Origin: Phallusia mammillata
Taxonomy: Eukaryota
Length of the DNA: 64,000 bases
Direction: 5' to 3'
Assembly (NCBI GenBank): GCA_965637545.1
Contig: OZ281497.1
Coordinates: 18,228,001 to 18,292,000 of the forward strand
The notes under the pieces are model-generated. The model was not told where the DNA came from. It was given only the letters and a program-made list of their open reading frames with translations, and searched no databases. The stretch's first letter is position 1. Each line of letters starts with the position of its first letter. Shown here piece after piece: positions 12,346 through 23,500 of this stretch. The position numbers and the translations under genes are program-made.

Positions 12346-12730
12346 AAAAATCAGCGAAAACAGAACATTCAACGCTACATGTACATGGGGAGAGAAATTT
12401 GCTTTCTCTGCTGACGAGACTGTTTACCAGTGTGTCTAATATACGGTAGAGCTACTAACACTGAGCTTCACCTTTGGCCCGACCTGAGAACTTCTGGTAG
12501 GTGGCGCAACAGAGCATAGGCGTTTATGGTGCTGTTACAGCAATTTGGGTTTATGGTAAGAATAATTGCTGAGTCAGCACCATAAACGCCTATGCTCTTT
12601 TGCGCCACCTACCAGAAGTTCTCAGGTCGGGCCAAAGGTGAAGCTCAGTGTTAGTAGCTCTACCCTAATATACAATGAGACATTGGGGAGCAACAAAAAG
12701 TGTCATGAGACATAAAAACGTTTTACGCAG
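12346..12730 (+). pseudogene. Degenerate hAT (Charlie/SPIN/GTF2IRD2-like) transposase N-terminal zinc-finger fragment, interrupted at 12445-12664
   Basis: Reads KISENRTFNAT..WGEKFAFSADET-(frameshift)-LPVCLIY|NETLGSNKK across the insertion, resembling the Buster-type N-terminus ENRxFxxxW..F....G.PVCLIC.E.L...KK. Confidence 0.65.
12445..12664. mobile_element. 220-bp foldback MITE with ~89-bp TIRs and 9-bp TSD (Mutator- or Merlin-like)
   Basis: Near-perfect inverted repeat GGTAGAGCTACTAACACTGAGC...GCTCAGTGTTAGTAGCTCTACC; TSD CTAATATAC (12436-12444 / 12665-12673). Confidence 0.88.
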
Positions 12731-12904
12731 TGGCATTTCATTTCAAATTTCAAAACGGCTTTGTGGCTCCCAGTGTTTTTACTATGTGAAATTGGTCCGA
12801 GTGGTTCTTTGGGTAGTCAAGGCTGGCAACCACATGCCTAGCCCTAGACATTATAACAATCGTTTTATACGTTTCAAGTACATTTACAACGTGTCTATTT
12901 ACGC

Positions 12905-13527
12905 CAGGGGTCTCCAACTCAAAATTTGTCCAGGGCCAATTATCGAACTGCTTTGAATCCGCGGGCCATCCACGGCCCAAAATGTCGATGCTTTTAAAGA
13001 CATTGATACTGCACCACTTTAATGGCACTATAGGTCAGCTCTTTCCAAACTATAGTGTTTGGTTATTTAGTGGTTGAGGGCGCTATTTTCGTTGGCCTCC
13101 AAATGGCCATGTCTTTACAATCTTACTGGCGTGTTGATCAAGGTTTCGTTATATCACACGTAACAATCAAAGAAATCGTTTGCGCATAATTTCATATCTT
13201 AGTTTTGTCTGTGTATCACAAACCTCTCTTAGATCAGTAATATGCGTAACCAAGCAAATAATATTTAGGTGAAATGAATCCTAAAAGCTTTACTGGTAAA
13301 AAGTGAAAATTACTTTTAGCAGCTTAAGATTTCGTTTTGCTCAAGTGTTTAATTGGCTTTAGCATTGAATTTATCTTGAATTGCGATTCCAATTCTACGA
13401 CCGCGAGCCAAAAAAATCTAAAGGAAAATTACAAAACGTTTGTTGCTTGTTGGTTTGGAAACCACTGTCCTAGGCATCTGAACCAACCTATGCGGCCTAC
13501 TCAGTGTCAATAAGTTGGCTAGCCTTC
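12905..13527. mobile_element. Degenerate hAT MITE (CAGGGGTCTCCAAC end), probably with a second element nested at 13036-13467
   Basis: Charlie-like end at 12905; inner pair CAGCTCTTTCCAAAC/GTTTGGAAACCACTG. TSDs are poorly preserved and the right boundary is approximate. Confidence 0.5.
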
Positions 13528-13587
13528 ATAAACGTAACGTTTATCATCCATAGGCTAAACCTATACAGTAAACTCAAAGAACTAAAC

Positions 13588-14134
13588 CAGGGGTGCATAG
13601 CCTTTTTGCTATAACGGTTGCATCGCAGATTTTAATTTCACCAACGACCACCAATTGCCTGCTTGCTTGTGTCTTAAAATTACCAATGTAAAGAAATGAG
13701 TATACATAGATGTATATACCACCTAGAATCCTAGAATAAATACTATCCAGAAACCTAGAACAAATACTAACTTGATCCACAGATTGAGCTAAACCAGCGG
13801 TTCTTAAACTGGGGTCCGTGGTCCTTTAGGGGTCCGTGAAGCAATTTTGCAGGCCCGCGACAAGGTTGACGGACTTCTATAATCTTATTTGGCGTCCGCT
13901 TAGGCCACTTTCGCATTGTTTGCACACAATAGGCGTACAAAAAGTCTAATGTATATGGCTACTAGGCTGGTAGTACTCTTTTCAGTTCAACAAAATGTGT
14001 TTGGATCAGTTTGAAAATCAAAATATTTGGCAAAAGAGTATTTATGTACGTCACGGTCGCCAGTACATATATTTTGATATACATGTTCACGGCCGCACAA
14101 ACTCGTCTATAGAGTCGCAGGTTGTTCACCCCTG
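13588..14134. mobile_element. hAT MITE, family I, containing a truncated family A copy (13795-~13910)
   Basis: TIR CAGGGGTG/CACCCCTG; perfect TSD AACTAAAC. The internal CAGCGGTTCTTAAACTGGGGTCCG matches the family A left end. Confidence 0.82.
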
Positions 14135-14562
14135 AACTAAACGGATTCTAAAGTTGACGCTTTAATGATCAGACTAAGTTTGCATTATTTCATTATAATA
14201 CTGTATCACAAAGGTTGATTTTTTTAGTGATAAATTATATCGGTGTGACTCACTGCCATACACTGAAGGTAAACGCTTTAAGCAAAGTTACATTTAATTG
14301 CGCACGGGCAGTTACCAGCAATAAAGGGTAGAATAAGTCGAAGAAAAAAGAAAACAAAAAGGCAAACAACAATTAAGGTGAATTCAACAGGTCAGCAACG
14401 AAGAAAGGAACAACAATAATTGCGATGTGTCTCCAGCACACGATAAATATGCACATTGTTATTTAAAAACCTGTCCACGCTTTATGGGTGGAAAGAACTC
14501 ATCAAACCGGCTGGTTTGATGTACTAAAGTGCGCTTTCGCCTTATAAGACTCAAATGAATCG

Positions 14563-17500
14563 TTACACATACGTGTAGTGGTCTTTGCGCAAGGGGACTT
14601 TTTTCGACAAAGAAATTTTATCATCGGCAATGCGGTTGACATCCATGTCATCTTTCACTCGATTTGCCTGGGCGGCCTGAAGGAACTTGGTTTTATTGCG
14701 TGGAGCCCGAAAGGAACTGCGCAGTTTCTGCAAGGGCGAGCGGGTAGTAGTCACATGTGAGGCTGCTGCTGCGGCGAGAAACCGCTCCATGACTTCGGAG
14801 TCTGCGTTGCCATGGCGAATCGGGTCGCCACTGGGCAAAGCTGGACTGCTACCGTGTTTAGTGTCTTTGCCTCCTTTTTGTGATGCAGCAGTTTTGGCAT
14901 CGTTCTTATTGCCCTTTTTAGTCCATTTACTTTCCTTGGGTGGTTTTGAATCGGTTTTGACCTTTTTACTGCTGGCGCTGGATTCCTTGGGCTTTGGCTC
15001 CGGGTTGGATTTCGATTTAGAGGATTTTCCGTTCAGTATGGTTTCGTGCTTTTTGCTTTTCCCACCAGCCGAAGTCGACCTTGATCGATCGGTCGCAGGC
15101 TTGGTGATGACCATGTCGCGTTTTCCCTCTGCAGTTGCACTTCGAGTTGGTTTTTCGCGCTTTACCATAAAACTGGCACGAAGAAACGCAACGGTTGATT
15201 TGTGGCCGCGAGAAGGTGACGGAAGCTCAGGGGCGACATCTTGTGCACTTAATGCTTTGTCGCGTGACACCGAGCGATCGCGCTCTGAAGCAGCTGCTAG
15301 ATTGGTCCGTGACTGCACAATACGAAATGTGAGATAAATCGTATTTCAGTAATGCGCTAGCTAGTAAAACTGCATTTGAACTTACGCGAGTAACAGCGTC
15401 CGCGCTCCTTACGGTTTCGTAATCGTGACTCTCAGTTTTTTTGTTTGAACGGGAAGGACCACTGGAGGATCGCTGCTTAGAGGACCTTTAAATCAAAGTA
15501 CAAATATTATTATTCACACACAGCATGTGTGTAATTTGGTTTATGCGTTGAATAAAATGCACTTTTTGGTTTCGGTATGAAATTCCACAGCCAAGGTCAA
15601 AGCGAACGGGGCCCAGCACATGTCTGTGTGTGGCCCCGGTGCTTACAGGGACTCGCACGAAATCACACCCAAGTTTAAAGTACAACAAATCCGTGCGATA
15701 GAAACATAAACAAAATACCGCGGCGGTCGTTCCGCGACGACTTCCCTGTTTAAACATGGGCATTTATCACAGGGGTTTATAGACCCTCGTTTCCGGACAG
15801 TTTGAGTCGGACTACGGTGAATTCTTACCTCACAAACGGCTGCTGCTGCTGAGGCTGCTGTTGACTGGCCGCAACTCTTTCACTGCGGGATCTGTTACCC
15901 TTGTTACTTGACATAGACGAGGAGGCCGAACCCGATACCTGCACGCAAACAAAGCGTCACTTTGCAAAACAGACATCAGGTACAAAATCAATAGACATGA
16001 GGGCAGAATTGGAATGGGGAGTGGGGCCGCCACCCGCGATCATGTGCGCAAGACTGACGATTAATGACGAGGGTGATGATATGTCGGTAAAAAAAAACCA
16101 AAAACCAGCTGAGTGAGTCATTTTCAGATAACACGCACGCGCTGACCTGTGCCTTTGGAACACTTGCATTCAAACCCACATTCCATTGGGTATACATACG
16201 ATCAATCCTAACAGGCTAAGGTTTAAGGTTTAGTCGTTATCCGTAAGTGATAGTTAAATTGTATCCCAGTAATTAGGTAAATTAAGGTCAGTTTGAGCAT
16301 GGTTAAAACTTAAGTTTGATCGTGTGGCATTTTACATACCTGACTGGATGACTTTGTGTTTCCCGCGTCTTCGTGGGCGAGGTAACCGCCAGTGCGCAGG
16401 GCACTGATCACGTGTTTGATGTTGTCCGAGCGATTATAACGCACTGGTTGGTTTTCGAGGTCGTGTTTGTTAGATCGGTTTGCCGAAGACGACCGGGTTC
16501 GATCCGACGAAGCAGGTCTTCTGCGATCCTCGACGCGATCATACGAGTTACTGGCGTGTTTGTTAGGTTTTGCCTGCTGGTACGACTGATTGGGTGCATT
16601 CTCAATTGGTTGTTGATTGTACAAACTGTAACTGGTTACATGAGCTTGTTCAGCAGATATTACTGATTCGAGATGGTCAGGTTTGCGTTGCGACCTAAGC
16701 GACGTCCTTCGCTGCAAGCCTGTATTCTGGTAGTTCTCGCTATCAGCTGATTGGTTGTTGGGCGCAAGGATTTCAGCCAATACTTTGCCGCGATTTGACA
16801 CAGCCGCCATTGGCAACGAGATGCGTCTTTTAACCTCAGGTTCAGGGCAAAAAGGAACGTCGTATCGATCTGTTATTGGGGAAGGTTTGTCTTGCAGGGA
16901 TCGAAGACTCGACGAGAGAACTGGCGTGAATGCTGAACCTGCACTTGGCGAAATTTTCACTCCAGCGACACCATTTGACTGACCCGAACCTCTGTCACAA
17001 GACATGCCCAAAAGGGCAGGTTTAGGGCGAATCAAGTTGTTTTGAAACAAGGCGGTCGGTCTTTTGGAAGATTGTGCCAAAAGTTCCAACTCCGAATACA
17101 AACTGGCCTCTGAACCTGCGACAGATGGAGGCTTGGAAGCGACAAGAGGAGGGGAGTGAGGAGGTGGAGGAGGGGGAGGAGGAAGGGGCAGTGAGCCATG
17201 GCACGAAGTATATATCACGTGCGCGCCACGCTTGACTTGTGGCGAAGTCGATAACAGCGGTTCTGCAGCGGCACTTTGATTTTTATCTTCTTGTTGGTTT
17301 AAGGGCGTTTGATTTGGCGCTTCTACCTTGCTTGGTTCGAAGCTTGGTTTGTTCGCAACTTGCTTAGGAATTGATGAAACCGATGTGGAAAGGCCTGTGG
17401 ATGTTGGAGACTGGACCGTCAATAAGTTGGATGTTGAGGACGAGATGCAATCCCTGTCGGCGACTTTTCTTTCCTCTGGTGTGTCGTTGAGAAGGTTAGT

Positions 17501-20500
17501 TAGACTTGTTGAGGAGTCCTTAAAATCGTAAATCTGAAATTCAGTCATCATCCGCATCGACCTTCGTCGTACAACCGACAATTCGCTATCGTCCTCAACA
17601 CGTTGACCAGACTTCAGTTTGGCATTGGAATGCTCCAAAACTGCAGCGAACTTTTCCTTCAGTGCCTGTTTCGTGTTGTTTACCTTGCGCAGTTTGACGT
17701 CTTCGCCCACAATCTTTGCTTGCTCCCGATGCTGGGACGAGATTGCACTAATTCCTAGTTTAACTCGCTTTTGAACTGCTGTTGCAACACCCGGACCTGC
17801 CGGCGCTCCGCAGTTCTGTTTGATGACGGTCAGACACTGCGGCTGGGCTGACTTTGAACTTTTCTGCTCATCTGTTGCTTGGGCAGACCGTTTGTCGCAG
17901 TCAACCGCGTAAACTTGAGTCAGAGAAGTTGAAATCCTCATTGCATCGGCTTCAGCGATAGTTTGACAATCTGTAATTTGAACCTGTGCCTTGCTGACTA
18001 CAAGCGACTCTGTGTAGACTCGTCTCGAATCCTTGCACAACTGATTTTGCTCGCTCCCAACTATAACACCATGCCCCTTGCTGCTGTCCTTTGATAATGC
18101 GCTTCGCGGTTTTGGCACCGGCCTCGCCGCTTTCGACACTTCTTCGTTGGTCTCACTTGACGTCGATAGCTTGCTGGAATTTGAAGCACGGGGTTTGGGC
18201 CGAACGGTCTCAGCTATTTCTGGCGTTTCCTTTCCGGCCTCCAGGCTGTCCAAAGATGACAGGGTGTCCCGCGATTTTAGCTTTTGCTTCACTGGCCGGA
18301 CAAACGATTCCAAGTGTTTGCTTGTAAGGAAGGTACTGTCCTGTCCAACCGCGCCTTGAAGAAACACTTCTGCGCAACAATTCTCTTTGCCTGTGCGCGC
18401 CTTGGGACAAACCTGGTCAACTGTTTCCTGCGCTTCTTCGCTCGCCGCCCTTGCAGTGGCGGAAAGTTTTTCGCAGTCAATAGAAGACTCGACGGGCGAT
18501 TCATTGATAGGAGAAGCGGGCGTCACAACCTGTGAGGTGAGGTCACGGCCCCTTTCTCTTGGGGTGGTTATTGATGACCCCTGGTATCCAGAATCAATAC
18601 TGCATTCGCTCACATGCAAAGCCGCGTTTGAGTGACTTAACACTGGCAGGATGCGCAAATTTTCTCCGCCTACTTTGTTTGTGTGTCTGCTGACCAATCG
18701 GTACGCGTGGGACTCGTGCTGCTGCTTGGCGGAAACACCAATCGACGGAGTGTGTGGGAGTGACATCGTCGATAATTGGTTATCCCTCGGCGAGAAGTTC
18801 TTTTCGGAGTTAAGAGCGGACGCAAATGAATCTGAATTAGGTCGTTCGTTAGATTTCGCCTTTTTCGGGGACGACTTTTCACTTTTGTCCACAAGCCTTT
18901 CCAACGCGATTTTATCGTCCGAGTGATCGCGAAGTGGAAATGCTTTGCAATTGTCAATGGGTATTGAGTTGCTTTGCCGAACCTCGATATCTGTTTGCGC
19001 TTGATTCGTAGGCGTCGGTGACAAAGACGAAATTTCCATTTGTTCTCGTTCATTGGCAGAGACGGGAGACTCGGACGACCTGCGGCACAAAACAAGCGCG
19101 TCATAAGATTTCTGTTGTTGTTAAAAACACGCTCAGACTGACGATTTCATTCACAACACGTGATTGACAGACACAATACAAGGCGAGCACCATTAACGGC
19201 ACTTTGTGGTTGGATAAGATTTTGTTGCGCCTTTGCAGCGAGCGTCGAATGCTATGTGAATTGCTATTTTAAAGCCTGTGGTCATGGTACTCAAACAAGT
19301 GAACAAACAGACTTATCAGGAAATTGGTAATCTCAAGCGCAGGCGGCGCGTAAAGCAAGGCAAAATAGCAAGAAGGCATTTTTACCTTAGATCCGGAAAC
19401 ACGGTTTCGCGCAATGGCATTTCCAGTTCACCGATGATACACTGCGATGGTGACACGTAGTCGGTACGGTTGTCATCATCTGCGCAAACAGGAACCTGGC
19501 GGAATACTGAGTCTTCCTCTGGATGGCCAATACCGCTAAGGGCGGCCAAGTCTCTGAACATTTTCTCCATCTGCTGCTTAAACGTCATTGTCGTGGCCCG
19601 AAGTTCCAACTGCAAACAAAAAAACAATTACTCGGTGTTTAAGGTCGTAAAGGGGTAAATTGCAATGAAAATGGTGGATAATGTCCTATTTTGAATCGAT
19701 TTGGGAACTATCGGAGCGTGGAAATTGATACAGATGTCAAAAGCAACATTTCTGTCAATGTTTGTGTCACTCTACCAAACTAAGTGAAAAAGGTAAAATA
19801 AACTTTGATTAGAAGTCTATGACCAAAATTGGCGATCAAGTCCAAGAATTTAACCACGATGATACAAGGGCCGTGACGCGGTTGGCTCGGGCGGTTCTGG
19901 ACAACAATAGAGTTCAGTTTCACAACAAGGATTATTCCCCATTCAAAGTCGCCCAACCAGGCGCCCCGCACGAAATGATGGATCAAACGCAAAACCCTAA
20001 ACGCCCGTTTCTCAGCTAAAATAATTAGCTATCCCCCTTTTCAAAACAACCAACTCGGCTTCCCACATCAATCTATACATGCACATGACTAATTTCCTAT
20101 TGGTCGAATCGTAACGATCTGTGAAGAAATCGCCATAGCTCAGTGAAGATAGAGATAAATGCAATTACAGAGAGGAGAACAATTGTTTTTAAATCGCATT
20201 ACGCGATTGACCGCGTCTTGATCTGCATGGCCATAATAAAAATGCCGTTGGGACCAGCCGGGTTCGCGACACTTATTATGCCCACATAAAGCGGCCCGCA
20301 TTCAAATTGCATGTTGTTGCTTAGTTGTGTGATGTTGAATCTTGGTTGTTCTTATCTGCCTGTAATTGGTAGGTTTACGCACTGGACACAAATGCTGCTG
20401 CGAACAGCTGCACCGACTTGAAAGGCCCCGAATTGTGGGGCTTCATTGTGACGTCATTTTACGCTCGGTTTAACTTTGAGTAACAGTCTGTGGTTTGCGT

Positions 20501-23500
20501 CAAAATCCAGGCGAAAAGTAAAACGAAACGATTCGGAGGTAGTTTGCCCAAAAAACGGCACAATTGTTTACACGATAACAGGATCTAAATTTGTCGGGTA
20601 ATCATTTGTGCAATCATTGTTTTTACTAGAGATTGCATGCGAAACCTATCGACTGGTTTGTTCTAAACGATTCTTACAAACGGCCCTTTGTCAACAAACT
20701 TCGGCGTGACAAATCAATATTTGTTGTCCGAAACAGATTGCCTGACTCAACACAACAGGAAATGCCATACAAATTAACTCAATACGACCTTGGTGCGAAG
20801 TCGAAGGCCGAAAGCTTTTGCGTGTGGGGTTTCGACGAGTTATGACGTAAGCTCGTGCGTTTAGGGAAAGTATAAACAACATGAAATGTGGCGGTTTTGT
20901 GCGACTTACAGTGAAGCAGCAAGTGTTATGGGCTGTCCGTAGAACTTTTGATTTACTAAAACGGGGTGGTAAAGGTCGTCATCGACAGTCAACCGAGAAG
21001 CTGAAGGCAAACAATCCACGAAAAATGACGCAATTGCATCCGCGTCGCAGTTTTGAATCGAACTCTCAAGTGTGCGGTCGTGCCACACCTTCACATGGCC
21101 AACGGAACGCAAAAATGATTATTCACGACAAGACATAAAAATAGACGGCCAAAATCGCATACTTTTCGCCAATTAAATATGATTTGGCGATAATTCGGAT
21201 GTACCTCTTACCTTTAGGCGTTACGTCAACTGTTTGTTACAGTATGTTTTTGTCGTTTAAGGCATAGCCACATTAACGCGAAAATGCTGACCTTAGCCTA
21301 TCGTCTCATAATTAATTATTATTATTGAAAGGAGGCGTTACATCACAAAAACTAAGCACCTGAAAACTGAGTGGCGGCGTGAAACTACCTGTAACAACAC
21401 TTAACGTAACAAGTTTTCGGCATTTGATCACATTGACAAGCAGAAGTGTCGTGGTGCGATTCTTCTCAACGGACAATAAATCGACCAATTAAAAAACGCG
21501 TGTCCATCATGATCATTACATCGGTTAATATTGGATAACACAAAGTAGGCCTATTGTAAGTTTAATATTTCAAAGCATTATGGTTCCCCGCTTGGGCTTT
21601 TCAATTTTGGAATTAAGTATAGCAACCTCTGTGCGTTTTATAAGTTCGGTGAAAACATGATTCAAAGTAGTATGAAAATGGGCGATGCTGCTGGTCTGCA
21701 ATCTACATGTTTCCCATTGTTCCAAAAAAGGATTTTTTCAAGTAGCGTTTTCCCAGGAAACCGCCGCATTTTGTGTGGGCACAACTGATCTTTGTGTGTT
21801 TTCGCCTAGTGCCGATTTAAAAGTGGACCATTACGAAACTGTTTTGTTTGGGTCAGGAAGCCCTCGTCGACCGCCCGAGCCATGCGCGATATTTCATCCA
21901 CTGGAATGTGGATCACTTTTCATCCGACCCTAGCAAAACAAGGAATATGCCCACGCCGAGATGTGTTGTGTTTTCGGGTAGCAAACCGCGTGAAAATGTG
22001 ATTGTAAGTCATGTAAGGAAATTTGGGCTGGCTTGATCGTGCATAGCAGCACAGCTAAAGTTAACAAAGCCCTGTCTTTATGACATGGGCGGGGAAACGC
22101 ACGAGCTGCACTTAACATCGTTCAGCAGTTCGGTTTGGCGAAAGCGGCAATTACGGGCAAGACGCCCGTCGCCGAAAATTATCACGTACGAGCTGTAATT
22201 GTGAAAACATTTCGGGATGATATTTGGTAAAAGTGTGCGGCGATAATCCGACAAGAAACGACACCAGAAACACTGTCCAGCAAGCGATCTCTGAAGTGTG
22301 TTTTTAAGCGACTGCTGCATAGCTGATGTGTGAGAGACGATGCGGGGCGGTCGTAATGAACGGGTGCAAATCTCTGATACAAAATAGTTGCGAGGAATCA
22401 GGACGATTAAGGCGGCAACTCGCGGTCATGTGCTTAAGCTTCTAGTCCTTCCGACCGGCAATTAACGCGCACCACTTCAAGGAACGACACCGTTGGAGAA
22501 AATAGCCGCAAAAACCAACAATGGTCCTCTTTTGCGGCAAACTACCATCAAGAAGGTTCAATCCACTTCTTGCTGACATGCAAGCTACAAAGACAGCGGT
22601 ACCTCGTTGGTTGGCGCTTTGTTGTCCCATGCAACGCCAGTTTCCGCTCACCTTCACCACAAAACTGTTTCTGTGTTCTATTTGCTTTTTTATGGTTTCT
22701 TGGGAGTGACAGGTAGGCTGTGAGTAGGGAATGCAAGATGAAAAGGTATCGCATTACACCATAAAGTGTACATCAGTTGGAACGCCATGTACACGATACG
22801 CACCATTAGCTCCGAGAGTGTATTGGTTAAACGTTGTCAGACACTCGTCCAGGTTACAAAGGGTCACACAAATGTAAGACATTTAACTCCGGCATATAAC
22901 ACTCAGCAATGGGCGTAAAACGGTGATTCACAAATGTCATGACTTGCGTGCAAATGCAATCTAAATCAGGAAGACGACCTTTCCATATTTAATCCGATAA
23001 AACAACGCGGTTATGGTTAACTTGAAAGCACTTGGCGCAAATACCGTTTGTCACTGGCTCTATTGGGTAATTGGAGCCAATCGGTCAGCTTTCATCTTGC
23101 GCGGAGGCAAACGCTTTCCCTAACGAGGACCTTACGGATCTAGACATAAACATGAGGCAGCAGTACCGGCGTAGCAACTGGCGCAGGACGGAGACAGTAC
23201 CCCGGGCTCCTGTCAACGCGTTAAACCTGGGATCAGAGGTCGGAAAAGCGAGCGCTTGACGAACATTGATCAATATCTGGAGACTTCGACAAACAACCTA
23301 AAGTGGCGTCGGTCAGCGCTTCGGCTGTATCTTGACGCACCGTTTTGGCGATGTGGGCGATCATGAACCTGGCAATTTCGCACAGGTTTACAAATTCTTG
23401 GCAAACGCACTCACATGAAGACACATTTTGTATCCGGTTGCTTCCATCAGAACTTGTTTCAAATTAGATCAAAACTACCAAAGTGCACAATCTGTATCAT

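Larger units (their letters stand above)
11800..12836 (+). mobile_element. hAT-Buster/Charlie family E derivative carrying a 5' transposase relic and two nested insertions
   Basis: Ends CATGGGTCGCCAACC / GGCTGGCAACCACATG with a degraded TSD; internal degenerate transposase N-terminus. Confidence 0.72.

Noticed and set aside
14578-19104. Multiple overlapping or antisense ORFs (e.g. 14687-15337 +, 18670-19104 -)
   Set aside because: Shadows of the long minus-strand coding exons, with no independent splice or motif support.
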